DNA of 64,000 nt, from NCBI GenBank assembly GCA_009914755.4, contig CP068257.2:40064001-40128000 (forward strand), written 5' to 3'. This DNA comes from the human T2T-CHM13v2.0 reference genome, Homo sapiens. The notes below the pieces were generated by a model. That model did no database searches, was not told the origin of the DNA, and worked only from the letters and a program-made list of their open reading frames with translations. Numbering within the stretch: position 1 is the stretch's first letter; every line of letters starts with the position of its first letter. Positions 39,605-55,108 of this stretch are shown piece after piece. Position numbers and translations under genes: made by a program.

Positions 39605-40424
39605 TAATTGTTTTCAACCAACACGTATATCCCAGAAAATGTTTTAATGATTAAAATAAAACAATTGCCCTCTCCTCCTTGGAGCCCCATCCACAAGAGC
39701 AGCTTCTGCAGATGTGGGAAGGAGAAGACTTTGTACCTGGGTCCCAGGCCACGTGAATAATTAACCCTGTCTAGGGAGCCTTGGAGGTCTGATGAGGCCA
39801 GGGCTTGAAGGAGAGCCGCGGAGCACGCCAGGATCCAGGCTTGTGGGTAGCAGCATCCCTGGAAATGGTCCCCAGTGGGGGAGGAACCAGTAGCCATCAC
39901 CTCCAACCCCCAGCCACCGCCCCGCGCCATGTGAGTGAGGTGGCATCTGGTTTTCCACACACACCTCCCCATGTCGCTGGACGCAGGCAAGGCCACCCAA
40001 CCCCCAAGCCAGAGTCACCCGGACAGACGGATACTAGGCACCTTAGCACTTCCATGGCCAGAGGCCTCCTGAGGTGGGAACCGGGTCCTAGCCCATCCCA
40101 GGCCATCCCCTCCAGGACCTTCCTGGAGGAGCGGGGAGACCAGACTTAGAGGAAGGCTCCATGTCCCAGGTCCAGACAGGGGTGAGGGGGAAGAGGGGTG
40201 AGCACCTGTGTTAGGCACTTTGAACTCTCCAGGTCAGGTGACTGCATCCAGCTGAGACTCCTGGCCTCCCTCCAGCGTGGAATGAGCAGCCGGTCCTGTC
40301 CCGTCCACCCCTCCAGTGCTGCGGAACAGAACGGGAATGGCAAGTCCCCATGTGCTGTCTCCCCGCCCTTCTACAGCACCGGTGGCACAAATGCTGGGGA
40401 CAGTGCCGGCCCCACTCACAGGAG

Positions 40425-40640
40425 AGCTGCTGGGCTGGCTCCAAGGCTCCTCCGTCCATGGCTGCTGGGCTGGCTCGGAGGCTGCCTCCGTCCATGGTCT
40501 CTGCAGTGGACAGTCTGTGTCACGCCTCCATCTGTGGTCTTTGCAGTGGACAGTCTGTGTGACGCCTCCTCCGTCCATGGTTTTTGCAGTGGACAGTCTG
40601 TGTCATGCCTCCATCCATGTCTTCCAGCAACACCACCTCA
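40425..40640. repeat. Degenerate tandem repeat of about 40 bp (about 5 copies)
   Basis: GCTGGGCTGGCTCCAAGGCTCCTCCGTCCATGG / CTGCTGGGCTGGCTCGGAGGCTGCCTCCGTCCATGG, then CTCCGTCCATGGTCTCTGCAGTGGACAGTCTGTGTCACGC / CTCCATCTGTGGTCTTTGCAGTGGACAGTCTGTGTGACGC / CTCCTCCGTCCATGGTTTTTGCAGTGGACAGTCTGTGTCATGC. Minus-strand ORFs 40234-40578 and 40520-40702 repeat the peptide MTQTVHCK[DN]H..RR.TDCPLQRP. Confidence 0.75.
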
Positions 40641-43600
40641 CTCTGCTTTACACAATCACTCCACCTCCGTGTAATGCCCAACCTTGTTTTTCCTTTATTC
40701 ACCTAGCCTTGCTTCTCCCTTAGCTGAGAGAGTCACACAAACTCCATCTTGGCTCTTTCACCGGCAGCCCCTTCCTCAAGGACTTAACTTGTGCAAGCTG
40801 ACTCCCAGCACATCCAAGAATGCAGTTAACTGATAAGATACTGTGGCGAGCTAGATCCGCAGTTCCCAGGAATTTGTCCGAATGATAACGCCCGAAGCCC
40901 CGCGTCTATCACCTTGTAATAGTCTTAAAGCCCCTGCACCTGGAACTGTTTACTTTCCTGTAACCATTTGTCCTTTTAACTTTTTGACTACTTAACTTCT
41001 GTAAAATTGTTCTAACTAGACCCCCCTCCCCTTCCTAAACCAAGATGTAAAAGTTAATCAAGCCCCTTCCTCGGGGCCAAGAGAATTTTGAGCGTTAGCT
41101 GTCTCTTGGTTGCCAGCTAATAGAGGACTCCTAATTCATCTCAAAGTGTGGCGTTTTTCTAACTCGCTCAGGTACAACATCCCCACATGCCCTGCCCCCG
41201 CTTTGTATGCACACAGCACACACCTGTGCACATACAAACATCTGCTTTCACACATGGACACACTCACTGAGGTGAAGAGGCACACTCAGGCACACACACA
41301 CTCACATTTGGTACATGCAGCTCCTGAGGGGCAAGGCTGAGCTCCTTCTCAGGAACGGACACAAGACTGAGGGCTGGGTCACTCAGATACTTTGCCCCTC
41401 GGGCCCCACGGATTGATTTAGGGGTGAACTGTGAATCCCTGGGAGATTCCTTCCTGCCACGCATTCCTGCTGATGGGAAACAAAGCGGTCTTTGAGGGAT
41501 GCTGGAGGAGGCAGCAGTTTGTGATAAAGAGCTGTGAGAGGAGAAGCCCCTTTGCCACCTGCCCTCCTTTGTGCATTGGATGTTGTCCTCAATGGACGTG
41601 ATGCCTGGAGTCCCTGCAGCCATCTTGCCTCCATGGGGCAAGCCAGGAAAACCTCACCGACTTAATGGCTTCCCTCCAGCCTTTCCAAAGCCTTGCTCTG
41701 GTCTCAGAGAGTTAGGAATTCTGTCACTTAAGGCCCAGAGCATCCTGCTGCTCCCTTCACTCCAGAACCAGAGCCACACGGCTAACAGGCAAAGGGTCAG
41801 GAACATAGCCCGTGTTTTCTGCTCTCGGCACTTGGTCATTCTGCATAGAATTTGGCTCCAAGGCCTGGCCTGACACCTTCGCACCAAGGTGCCGTAAATG
41901 AAACCTTTACTCCTGAGACTTCCTCACCTCTGCGTTCCCAGGGATCCACAATCTTCTATTTGTAAAATGATTCCCGGTTGTCATGGAGACCAGGGCACCG
42001 CAGTGGAGCTGGAATGTTAGGTGGGGTCCAAGGTTCAGTCCTGGGGGTAGGGAGTGGGGCAGGCAGCTTCACTGGGCCCTTTATCTGCCTGATTCTCATC
42101 TTTCTTACACAATAGTCTACTCATTATTCCTTCCCTAAGGGCCAGGACACAGGCCTGCCTGGGGTTACAGTCCCTGTCTTTACAAGTCCTCTCCTTCTGG
42201 CTCTTGGGCGTGCCTGAGCTCAAAGGAGCCTCCAAGCAAACTTGGCAGGGGGTGTCCCCCAGGGCAGAGGTGGGGCTGGCTCAGCACCCCCAGAAACCAC
42301 AAGGTGGGGGCGGAGGATCCTGCACCTGACCTTCACCTTCGTGTGGATTAGATCAGAGCAGAAGTTCTATTTCTGGAACTGTCAGACCTGCTGACCTCCA
42401 GTCAATGGCAGAGGCAGGAAGGCAGGCAGAAATACAAGATGCAGCTCTTGTTACACCTCCTGCACAGACCAACCTAGTCTCGGCTCCACACAGCCACTCA
42501 CTCTTTCACTCAACACGTGTTTCCGAGCATCTTCTATGTGCCTTTTCTCTATCATCAGATGGGGGCCCCTGCGGTGGGCAGAATAACGGCCACTGCAAAG
42601 ATGCCAAATCTTATCCCCAGAGCTTCCGCAGAGATCCTGCAGATGTGATTCGAGTCTTCCAGCAACACCACCTCACTCTGCTTTGCACAATCACTCCACC
42701 TCCCCACATGTTGCGGAGATTCTCCTGGGTCAGTCGGGGGGTCCAGTGTCATCCTAGGGTCCTTATGAGAGGGAGGAAGGGAGGCGGAGGAGGAGATGCA
42801 AGGATGAAGCGAAGGTTGGAGTGATGTGGTCTGCTGCGGGGACCCTGAGGCGTGCAGGCGGCCTCTGGAAGCTGAAAAGACAGGAAGGCAGCTTCTCCCC
42901 TGAGCCTCCAGAAGAACCCGGCCCTGCTGACACTGGCCCAGGAGCCCCTTCCCCCATCAGGGCCTGGAGAGGGAAGAAATGACTGTTCACAGATTTTACC
43001 CCGCAAGACCCATTTCAGCATTCTGATTTTGAGAACCATAAGACAGTGTGTGTTGTTTAAGCCTCCAAGTCTGTGGATATTCATTACAGCAGCCTTGGGA
43101 AACTGACACCACCTCCCCCTAATCCTCCCTCCCGCCCCCACCTACACCTGAACCCTCCCCTTGCTCTTCTCTGCCGATTCACAGGGATTCACACTCTTCC
43201 TACTTGCAGCTGTGACACGGGAAACATCCTCCACCAGGTCTTCTCTCACAGTGTGGCCTCTGCGCACAGGTTATCCACCTGTAGACCTGGACGGGACCCT
43301 CGAGGCTCCCTACTCTGACCATCTGGTTTTATAGTTGAGGAACCAGAAGCCGAGGCAGGTAACTTGGTGCAGCCTAAAGGCCTCCATCCCTCCAGTGCCC
43401 ACAACTTAGGTGCCCACGACAACAACACTGGCCTACCGCAAAGACCCAGCCCAGAGGAACAAGGTGCCACTGTATGTCTGAAAAGGGGGCCCTCGGCCTC
43501 ACTGGGGAGCACCTTCCTCCATCAGGGTCTCGACGGTGAAGAAGCAGGCTGTTTCCATCTTCAGGATACAAGCCATCTGCGCATAGGAAGAGGGTCCAGA

Positions 43601-44194
43601 GGCTCATCTGGAATCCCTCCTCACTCACTGGACGGAGGACCTGACCCCGTTCCCATCATTGGTTCTGAATCCATCAGCCCAGCAAGACAGGTGTCTCCAG
43701 CAAGTTCTGTAAAATACAACCATAGCCGGGCCTGGAGTCAGCCCCCAATAAAGGGTTCACCATGGAGTCAAAGCTTCCTTCACATTGGGAAGAGCCTGAT
43801 GATGCCGCCTTGGTGCCACCCGTGCAGGCCGTGTTCCACTTCTGTCATGGGCTGGAGAGAAAAGAGCGACATGGACCTGTTCATGAAAGGCTCTTCCCGC
43901 AACACCAAGCCTGGGGCCTGCAGGGCCGCCATGAAGAAAGGTGGCTCCTGCTTGGCAGAGAGAAAAGGGGAGGGAGGGCAGGTGAGTCACCAGCATTGGG
44001 CCCCTCAGCCCAGGCTGCCAAGGCAGCCCAGTGGAACCTGTCCCCATACAGCATGTTTTTAGTTTGAATGGTTTTACAGTGTTGGAGCTGTAACTTTACA
44101 AATTTGCTTTGCCTTCATAACTCTGTAAGAGCTATAAGCAAACGTAGCTTTAATCAGCATTTACAGCGTGCAGGAGCATCTTTCCTTTAATTCT

Positions 44195-44950
<756 letters not shown>

Positions 44951-45602
44951 TATGATCAAGACCAACCCCTCATTTTGCAGAAGAGAACAAGGCCTGAGAA
45001 GGGAGCCAGCTGGCCCCAGCCTCACAGCACTGCCACCACACGCAGGCCAGCGCTCAGCCACAGTGGCTCCCCCAAACTTGGACCATGAGGCACCTGCTGG
45101 CACCCCTCACCTGGCCTGTTCCAAAGCACTATCTGAGGCTGGCTGTTTGCTTTGCTTTTGTAACTCTAGAAGAGCTACAAGCAAACATAGCTTTAATCAG
45201 CATTTACGGTGTGCAGGAGCATCTTTCCTTTAACTCTGCAGAAGGATTCGTGCCCTGTGGATGCCGTAACAAACTATCACAAACCCACAAGTCAGGAATC
45301 AAGGTGTGGGCAGGGTGGGTTCCTCCTGGAGGCTCTGAAGGCATGTCTCTTCTGTGCCCCTCTCCAGCTTCTGGTGGTCACTTCCAATCCATCAGGAAGC
45401 CATGGGACAGAGCGGCAAGAACCTCAGCGTCAGAGCCCAGGGTCTCTACCCTGGCTCTGCCCCCTTGGGTGTCATTCAGCCTCTTTGCCGCAGGGTCTCC
45501 AAAGTCTCTGCCTGCAAAATGTGCACAGAATATCTCCTGTGTGTGGCCATAACCACAGTTCACAGAGATAATGTCCTTTGCCCTGCATGAGATTAACCCT
45601 CA

Positions 45603-45986
<384 letters not shown>

Positions 45987-46260
45987 TCAGGGCGACCCTC
46001 CCTGTGAGGACAAGGTCAAGAACATCAGATCCTGGAGGTTGCAGGCTGCCCACTTGCAGACCTGGAAGCAGAGGAGGAGCACAGGCTCCCAGGGACACTC
46101 AGAGGGGGTCCTGGAGGGAGTCTTTCTGCAGGATGGGGGTGAGGGGGCTCCTCAAAGCCTCCCTACTTTGACGGATGGCATCTGTCGAGGGAGCTGCTAC
46201 ATCCACAGCCAAACAGCAGGGAACAGGACAGTGTGGGGGCTACGTTTCAGCAGCAATGAT

Positions 46261-47052
46261 TTTTTTTATTTTTTGGTAACAGCTTTATTGAGATATAATT
46301 CATCCACCATAGTAACCACGTAAAGTGTCCAATTCAATGGCTTTTACAATATTCAGTAGTGCAACTATCAACATGGTCAATTTTACTACACTTTTATCAC
46401 CTCAAAAGAAAGCCCATATACTTCAGCTAGCACCCCACAGTTCCTCCATGTCCCACCAGCCTCTGGCAACCATCAGTCTTCTTTCAGTCTCTATGGATCT
46501 GCCTATCTGGGTCATTTTCTATACACGGAATCATATCATCGGTGATCTTTGTGTCTGGCTTCTGTCACTGAGCACAGTGTTTTCAAGGTTCATCTACATT
46601 GTAGTGTGTGTCAGTGCTTTGTTCCTGGCTGAGTAATACTCCACTGTATGGATGGGCCACATTTATGTATCCCTCCCTCAGTTGGTGGACACTTAGGTTA
46701 TTTCCACCTTTTGGCTATTAGAAATAGGAATGCTATGAACATTCACATGCAAGTCTTTGTGTGGACATATGCTTTCATTTCTCTTGGGTATAAACCCAGG
46801 AATGGAACGGCTGGGTCATGTGGCAATTCTATGCTTAACTTAGTTGGGAGACAGGCACTGCAATCATTTTACATTTTCATGGATAGCATCCAAGGGCTCC
46901 AATTTCTCCACATCTTCTCCAGCTCTTGCTATTGTCTGACTTTTTGATTATAGACAGCACAGTGGGTGTGAGATGGCATCTCATTGTGGTTTTGATTTGC
47001 ATTTCCCTAACAACTAACAACGGTGAGCATCTTTTAATGAGCTTGTTGGCCG
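46261..47052 (-). mobile_element. L1 (L1M-type) 3'-terminal region, antisense, including an ORF2 remnant
   Basis: The antisense L1 3' end starts TTTTTTTATTTTTTGGTAACAGCTTTATTGAGATATAATTCAT. It is followed by …GTTCATCTACATTGTAGTGTGTGTCAGTGCTTTGTTCCTGGCTGAGTAATACTCCACTGTATGGATGGGCCACATTTATGTATCC…TGGACACTTAGGTTATTTCCACCTTTTGGCTATTAGAAATAGGAATGCTATGAACATTCACATGCAAGTCTTTGTGTGGACATATGCTTTCATTTCTCTTGGGTATAAACCCAGGAATGGAACGGCTGGGTCATGTGG…CTCATTGTGGTTTTGATTTGCATTTCCCTAAC. Minus-strand ORF 46877-47167 translates to …[44 protein letters not shown], matching L1 ORF2 …[40 protein letters not shown]. Confidence 0.85.
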
Positions 47053-47439
47053 AGAAAGCTGCAATGATTTTGAACACAGTCAGGTAAACTTGGAGGCAAC
47101 AGGGTGTTGGGGTAACGGCTGAAACCCTGGAGGCAGGAGGCCTGGCTTTCCGTGTTTGTTCCAGCACTTAGCTGGTGGGTGATCTGAGTCAATAATGACT
47201 TTCTGAGCTTCCTGGTGAGGAAAGCCAGAAAAATAACACTAAACCCCCGGAGTGTCGAGGTGAACTTTTCCTCTTACTCATAATGTAGGTCTAGTACCTG
47301 GTACCAAAAAGTTGCTTCCTAAGTAGCTATTGCTGTTTATTGTGAAGCAAATGAGGTTTAGAAGCGCTGGCAGTGACGAGGCTTATGTCCCAGTTTTCAG
47401 CAACTGCTCAGGTTGCTTCAGAAAGATCCCAAATCACAG

Positions 47440-48436
<997 letters not shown>

Positions 48437-49635
48437 TAGGGAAGAGGTGTCCGGGGACACACCCTCCCTGGTTGCCTATGCAGATACACAGGGAAGTACA
48501 ACCTCAAGGTAAAGTGCCTTCTCCTATGGGGTTTAAGGCAAGGACATCACACCTGGACGGTGAGGCCAGGAGGCTTCCTGGAGAAAGGCAGCAGCCAGGC
48601 AGAGGAGGGCAGGGCTTCAAGCCAGGCAGGATGCCCCAGGAGGAGGGGTTCAGTGTGCAAGTCGGGCCATGGAAGACGTGGGGGCTGGGATGGGGGTCAA
48701 GGAGGGGGATGAGAGATAGGGCTGGAGACAGGGTTGCTGCAGGTAGAGGAGCTGAGAGAGGCCGGACGGAGGGAGGCCTGGAGACCTCGAGCCTCTTAGA
48801 GCCCTCCCCAGGGAGAATGAAAGCAGGGGTCAGGGCTCAGATTCAAGGGAGACTTGGAGCAGAACCCAGTGCTTGGCTGGATATGGGGAGGGCGTGAAGA
48901 GAAGGAAGGCTGCCCCAGACTCAGGGGGACACCAGGGACTCCCAAAGGGACACGGAGAGCAGAGCCCGTGGCGTGGGTTGAAGGACAGATGGTGTGTCCT
49001 ACACATGCTGCCTGTTGCTTTGACACCCCCCCACTTCCCCCCGCACACACACACTCCCACTTCCGGCATCCAAGGGGCAGGCCTGGCCTGGAGGAAGGAT
49101 GGATGGACGCGCGGCTCTGGAATGGCACAGTGTGGGGAGTTGGGGGGAAAAGAAGAGGCACTGAAGTAGCAGGCACACAATCAGCAGCTCGCTGAGATTT
49201 TAGGAAAGAGAAAAACAACCCCACCCCACCCCAGCTGCTCTAATAGGGTGAATTCACATTAAGACCCCAAAGTCCATAAGATAGGATCTGCCCTCAGCTT
49301 AACTGCAGGCATGGAGGCTCTGAGCCTGGGCTCTGGGTCTGACCGCCCAGGTAGGAACCTGGCCTCCGCCTTGAAGCCTCTGCTCTGAGGAAGGTGCGCG
49401 GCCTCCCCGACCCTCAGCCTCCTCATCGGAGTGCAGGGGTGAGAATTCCCACATCTGGGCCTTGCTTCGTAGGAGAGGGTGAAGAGGCAGGTTCGAAGTC
49501 TGAGGACCAGGCTCAGCTGAAAGCCTTGCTCAAGAGGCTCGGTAGGATGAGCGTGAGAAGGCTCGCGGCTCCACACCCCAAGCATACTCGCTGCCCTGTG
49601 TGGACTTCTCAGTGCTGCAGGCAGGTTGGGGTCTG

Positions 49636-50313
<678 letters not shown>

Positions 50314-51167
50314 GGAGCCTTAGGGGAAAGAGACGGCTGATGCCTGCCCTGCTAGGTACCTTCTCCCCCAGTGTTTCCTCCACCTTCATGAGGATCCCCA
50401 TCCTTCTCTTGCCTTGTGGGACAGTCCTGGCTGACTAATCACATTAATAGGAAAATGCTGAGTTCTCTCAGGGCAGTAAACAGACATCTTTGACCAATGG
50501 CTAACAGGACTTGAGCTGGTCCTGCCAGCCAGATGTGTGCCACACTGTCTACCCGAAAACTCGCCCAATCCTCCCAGCACTCTTCTGCAGCCAGCACTGT
50601 CCTCGCTCCATCCTGTGGAAAAGACTGAGGCTGGGAGAGGCTTGGCACTGCCAGGTTCCCGAGCCTGGCCACTGTGGAGTGGTTTTGACCAGGTCCAAAT
50701 CCGTGCCCTTGTCCCTGACCCAACTCCGTGCCCTTGTCCCTGGCCCCTCGCTCCTGGCCCAGCACTCACAGTGGAGCCTGCAGCCCCTGCATGCAGGTCT
50801 GGGTCTCCTGGGATTCTGTGACCCTCATAGCACTCCCCTAAGTCCCTGGCCAGTGGTGCACCAACACGCAACAGGAGACTTGCCACTGTGAGGAGCATCC
50901 CTCCTCGTTCCCTCCCGCTGTGTGCAGCTTTGCAGGTGACAGAGCACGCTGTCTCTGTCAGGCAGGGAAGGAAACTCTCTGCTAGTGGGGTACAGTTCAA
51001 CCTGGGGAATATACTTATTGAGGGAAAATCCAAATTCCAGAGAATTTAAAAATAAATTTTATTATTTTCTAATAACCAAGCATTACTAGGGAAATGCGAT
51101 ATAAGTAGAGATGCCAGATAAAATACAAGGCCCCCAGCTAAATGTGAATTTCAGCTAATTATATTTA

Positions 51168-51363
<196 letters not shown>

Positions 51364-52019
51364 CAGTATGTCCCATGCAATATTTGAAATATACCTATGC
51401 TAAAATATAATGAATATATGTAGTGAAAATTTAAATAAAATGTTAGTAAAATTGAACAGTTAAACATTGAATTAAATATCTAATGAACTACTTTTTAGTA
51501 TAAGTACGTCTCATGCCATAAGTAGGACACACACTAACAATGATTTGTTGATTATGTGAAATTCACAGGTAACTGAGTGTCCTGGAGTCATTTTCGTCCT
51601 GTACTTTTATTTGGTGAATCTGGCAGGCAGCTTTCCCCGCCTGATGAAACTTGGGAGTTGCTGCCGCCCTCTGCCACAAGGTTGGCCGTGTCTTCCCCTG
51701 CCGCTCGCAGCTACACACGGTGCACGAGGCAAAGCAGCGGCCAGACGCCCTCTGAGCGTGATGGCGGGCAGGTGCCCCCACCAGAGAGCCCCAAGCCTGA
51801 GCACTATTCCTGTCCCTTCTAACTCTGCTGGGAGCCCCATCTTGCCTCCGGCGTCAGCCCCACCCCCCTCAGCTCAGCCTCAGCACCCCTGCAGCGGGGG
51901 AATCACAGCCGACTCCTTGAGGTCCCTCCCGGCAACGGTGCCCACTGCCCACTCTGCAGGGGACAGAGTGGAAGCCCCAAGAGGGACGAGAGGCTACAAG
52001 CTCTGGGGTGGGGGGTGAG

Positions 52020-52580
52020 GTCAGCCTGCGCTGGTCTGACCCAGTCCGACTCCTCAGGGCGGCCGGAGCCTGTGGTCGGGAGGCGTGCGGGGCTGTGCCC
52101 AGAGCAGCGGGTCGGTCTCTTTGGAGCACTTCCCTTCTGCGCGCGTCCAGCACCCCGGAATTGATTCACAGCCAGTCTGGGTCTGTTTTCTAACCAAGCG
52201 CCTTGCTCATGAGGCACGCTGGTGTCCTTTAGAAGGGACCCAAAGCTTAAAGTTGCCTTTGTCAGTTCCCTAAGAACCCACATAAAACTGGCCACGTCCA
52301 GGGCCTCTCCTGCCTCCCCGGCACGAAGCGGTGCGGAGCAGCAAGGCCAGCCTGGCCTCGCCAGGGAAAGCTCTGCCTCCAGCCTGGTCGAGGCCCTCCC
52401 CTCAGCAGAGGCAACCCTAACAGACTCCCTTTCCCAGGAGCTGACGGGCGAGTGCCTTAGAGCCCTGTTCTCAGAGCCAGGCAGGCCGCTGCGGAGGCTG
52501 TAGGGACCAAACAAAGTCAGGTCTGTGAAATGCTCGGCGCGGGGGCGCGGGGCCCGCAGGGAGTCCGGGTTCTCTACGTG
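52020..52580. promoter_or_regulatory. CpG-island-like GC-rich segment, the only one in the window; candidate promoter or TSS
   Basis: By eye there are about 15 CpG in 52021-52230 (GCGCTGG, GTCCGAC, GGCGGCCGGAG, GTCGGGAGGCGTGCGGGG, GCGGGTCGG, CTGCGCGCGTCC, CCCCGGAA, AGCGCC, CACGCT). A further 18 or so fall in 52300-52560 (CCGGCACGAAGCGGTGCGGAG, CTCGCCAGG, GTCGAGG, GACGGGCGAG, GGCCGCTGCGGAGG, GCTCGGCGCGGGGGCGCGGGGCCCGCAGGGAGTCCGGG, ACGTG). The remaining roughly 63 kb are strongly CpG-depleted. Confidence 0.5.
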
Positions 52581-52592
52581 TCCTCCCTCTGG

Positions 52593-52790
52593 CTTTCCTC
52601 ATCCCTTCCCTTCCTTCCTCCTCCCTCTCTCCTTCTTTCTCCTCCTCCTCCTCTTGTTGTTCTTCTTCTTCCTCCTTCCTGCTCCTCCTTCCTCTTCCTC
52701 TTCCTCCTCCTCCTCTTTCTTCTTCCCCTTCTTCTTCTTCCTCCCTCTCCTCCTCCCCCCCCCCCTTCTTCTTCTTTCTCCTTCCTCGAC
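52593..52790. repeat. About 200-bp polypyrimidine (CT-rich) mirror-repeat tract, purine-rich on the minus strand
   Basis: CCTCATCCCTTCCCTTCCTTCCTCCTCCCTCTCTCCTTCTTTCTCCTCCTCCTCCTCTTGTTGTTCTTCTTCTTCCTCCTTCCTGCTCCTCCTTCCTCTTCCTCTTCCTCCTCCTCCTCTTTCTTCTTCCCCTTCTTCTTCTTCCTCCCTCTCCTCCTCCCCCCCCCCCTTCTTCTTCTTTCTCCTTCCTC is almost pure C/T with only 4 G. Long ORFs on both strands here (52471-53406 minus, 52525-52826 plus) are low-complexity artefacts. Confidence 0.9.
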
Positions 52791-55080
52791 ACCACAACAC
52801 AAAGCAGAATGAAATTCGTGCCATAGAGAAGTCCCGGCAAAATGCTGCCAGACCTGAAGAAATGGGGACTGCTTCCGCCTGGATGGCAGGGCTGGGGACA
52901 ATTATTGGAGGAGAGAGCAGGTGGCCTGCAGGGCTGGTGAAGGGTAAGAGGGACTTGTAAGAGCAGAGGTGGACCATGGCAGCCAGGGTGCACCCTCCCC
53001 TGCCGGGGCGTCGTGGAGCCTGAAGGTCAGCTGGAGGATGTGACACTTCAGGACGGTGTTGTGGGTCCCAAGAAATGCTCTGGAGCAGAGGCCGATGGCA
53101 GGATGAGGCCGGCAGCAAGGACAAAGTGCAGGAGTAGAAGAGGTTAGAAGGTGGCGAGGCTGGGCTAAGTGGGCCAGGGGAGGAGCCATGGGAGATTCCA
53201 GGGTTCCCAGCAAGGGGGCAGGGCAGGCGGGGGCCTGGCACCTCCAGGAGAGGCAGGAGAGGACCAGCAGGTCTGGGGAAATGGGCGCTGGCGTGGATTG
53301 ACGGAGAGTCCTGTGTGCTGAGCACTGCGGAGGCATGACTCACCCCTGATCCCCGAGGGGCAGACCGGGACTCAGGCCCAGATCTCATTGACACTGAGGC
53401 TTGCACCTCTGGCCACCAGCCTGCTGTCCCTGCACTGGGAGAAGTGGAGCCCCAGGCCCCTCACTTGGTACCCACGGGCTATTCAGGCCTGGCTCCCACT
53501 GCTACTGTCTCCCCTGGCGGGGATGCATACAAGGCTGGACTCTCGGCCTTTCCTGGGGCCTGAGCTAGTCCATGTCCTAGGAAGAGATGACCGTGGCCTC
53601 CGTTTTAACAAACACAGACTAGACCAGTTGTCCCCTGGCTGTCATGTCCTAACCCTCCCAGTGGGTGGTGGGACAGCACAACCCCTGGCCCTGAGCTGTA
53701 AGGGGAGGGGAGGCCCGCAGGGAGGTCGCCCATTGGGGAGGCCGCCACCACCCCAGGGAGGCCTGTTCAAGTAGGTCGCAGTGATGATTTCCGGTGGCAG
53801 GTCGCAACAGGCTGCGCTGGCTGTGAGAAATGAAGGAAAAATGTGCCCAGATAAGTAGAAGCGGTTCCTGGTGGCTTGGCAACCTCAGAGGCTGCCTGGC
53901 TGTCTGGTTAACCCCTTCCCTCCCGAAGTGTGGCCCAGAACACACGTGGGACTTCCAGGTCACCCTGCACCCCTGGGAAGCCAGGCACACTTGGTCCCCC
54001 TGAGTTCACTCCATGCAGAGTGGAAACGATGTTGCCTGTCCCCCAGTAGTGGAGGCCAGTAGGAGCTGGGATGGCGTGCACAGCCCTCAGCCCAGCGCAG
54101 ACAGGAAGAGCACGGGCAGGCTCCGTGGGGGCTCACAGCTCCCCAGGCACAGTGAGGGTGGAGGGGACCTTCAGGAGGGGTCAGACTATGGCCAAAACAT
54201 CACCCGGCAGACCCCACAGAGTCCACTGTGGCCCCTCCTTCCTGAGCCGGCCCTGCTGCTCCACCCCGGCGGCTGGAGCTGCTCATTACCGCCGCCTCCA
54301 CAGTGCCCTCCAGGAAAACCCACAGGGCCTCGCCCCACAGAGTGCTTCTGTGCCCGGGACCTCCCCGGCCCCTTTAGGAGTCTTTCTGATCTGCCGTCTT
54401 AGAAGCGCTCCCAGGAAGGTGTGGTCTTCAGGGCGCCCCCCCGAGCCACCCCTTCCCACAAACACGTTTCCTGGGAGCTGAGGTTTGGGCCACGCAGGGA
54501 ATTCTGACCAGGGAGACTTGGCTAAGTGTTCCCACCCGGCGCCTGTCTCCCAGCCAGACCCGGCCAGACGCTCTCATCAGCACCTCCTTCCCGTACTGGG
54601 GCCCCAGGGAGAAAGCTCTAAGCTACTGCCCAGCTGGCTCCAAAAGGGGTCCAGAAATCACTTTGAGGGTGACCCTGGGGCTGCTCCCTGCATCCCCACA
54701 TACCCCCCCCCATTTCCGACGAGCAGCACCTGCCCTGGGCACTCCCCAGCTTGCCCTCCTTCTCCTCGGCAGATGGGGCTTCCTGCTGATTCTTCCTGCA
54801 GGACAGTCAGGTGTGTGAGGGCGGGCCCTCCAGCCTGGGCACCTCCTCATGCGGCTCCCTTGGTGAGCCGCCATCACACAGAAGGCGGGTAGAGGGAAGA
54901 AGGCAGTGGACTTGGTGGTCCTGACCCTTGTAAACCTGAGGACAGGAAGTGAGCAGCGCTGTGCTGAGCTGGTGCCTCTGGGAAATGCTGGGCTCCCTGG
55001 GGCCTTGACTGTCCTGTTGGTGGCCAACTCCCTTGGCGTGTGGTCCTGTGCAGTACACGTCTATCAAACGACTGCAGACA

Positions 55081-55108
55081 TGAATGAATGAATGAATGAA
55101 TGAATGAA
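55081..55108. repeat. (TGAA)7 microsatellite
   Basis: TGAATGAATGAATGAATGAATGAATGAA. Confidence 0.95.

Noticed and set aside
46877-47167. 96-aa minus-strand ORF with clear protein similarity (…[15 protein letters not shown]…KKS.[10 protein letters not shown]…)
   Set aside because: It is a genuine coding remnant, but of L1 ORF2 (reverse transcriptase C-terminal region) inside an antisense L1M fragment. It is truncated with no start and is not a host gene. The same applies to ORFs 29368-29550 and 29576-29782 (plus strand) in the L1M 3' end at 29.4-30.0 kb.
52471-53406. Longest ORF in the window (311 aa, minus strand) and overlapping plus-strand ORFs 52525-52826
   Set aside because: The translation is dominated by poly-E, poly-G, poly-R and poly-K stretches produced by the polypyrimidine tract at 52593-52790. 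It is a low-complexity artefact, not a gene.
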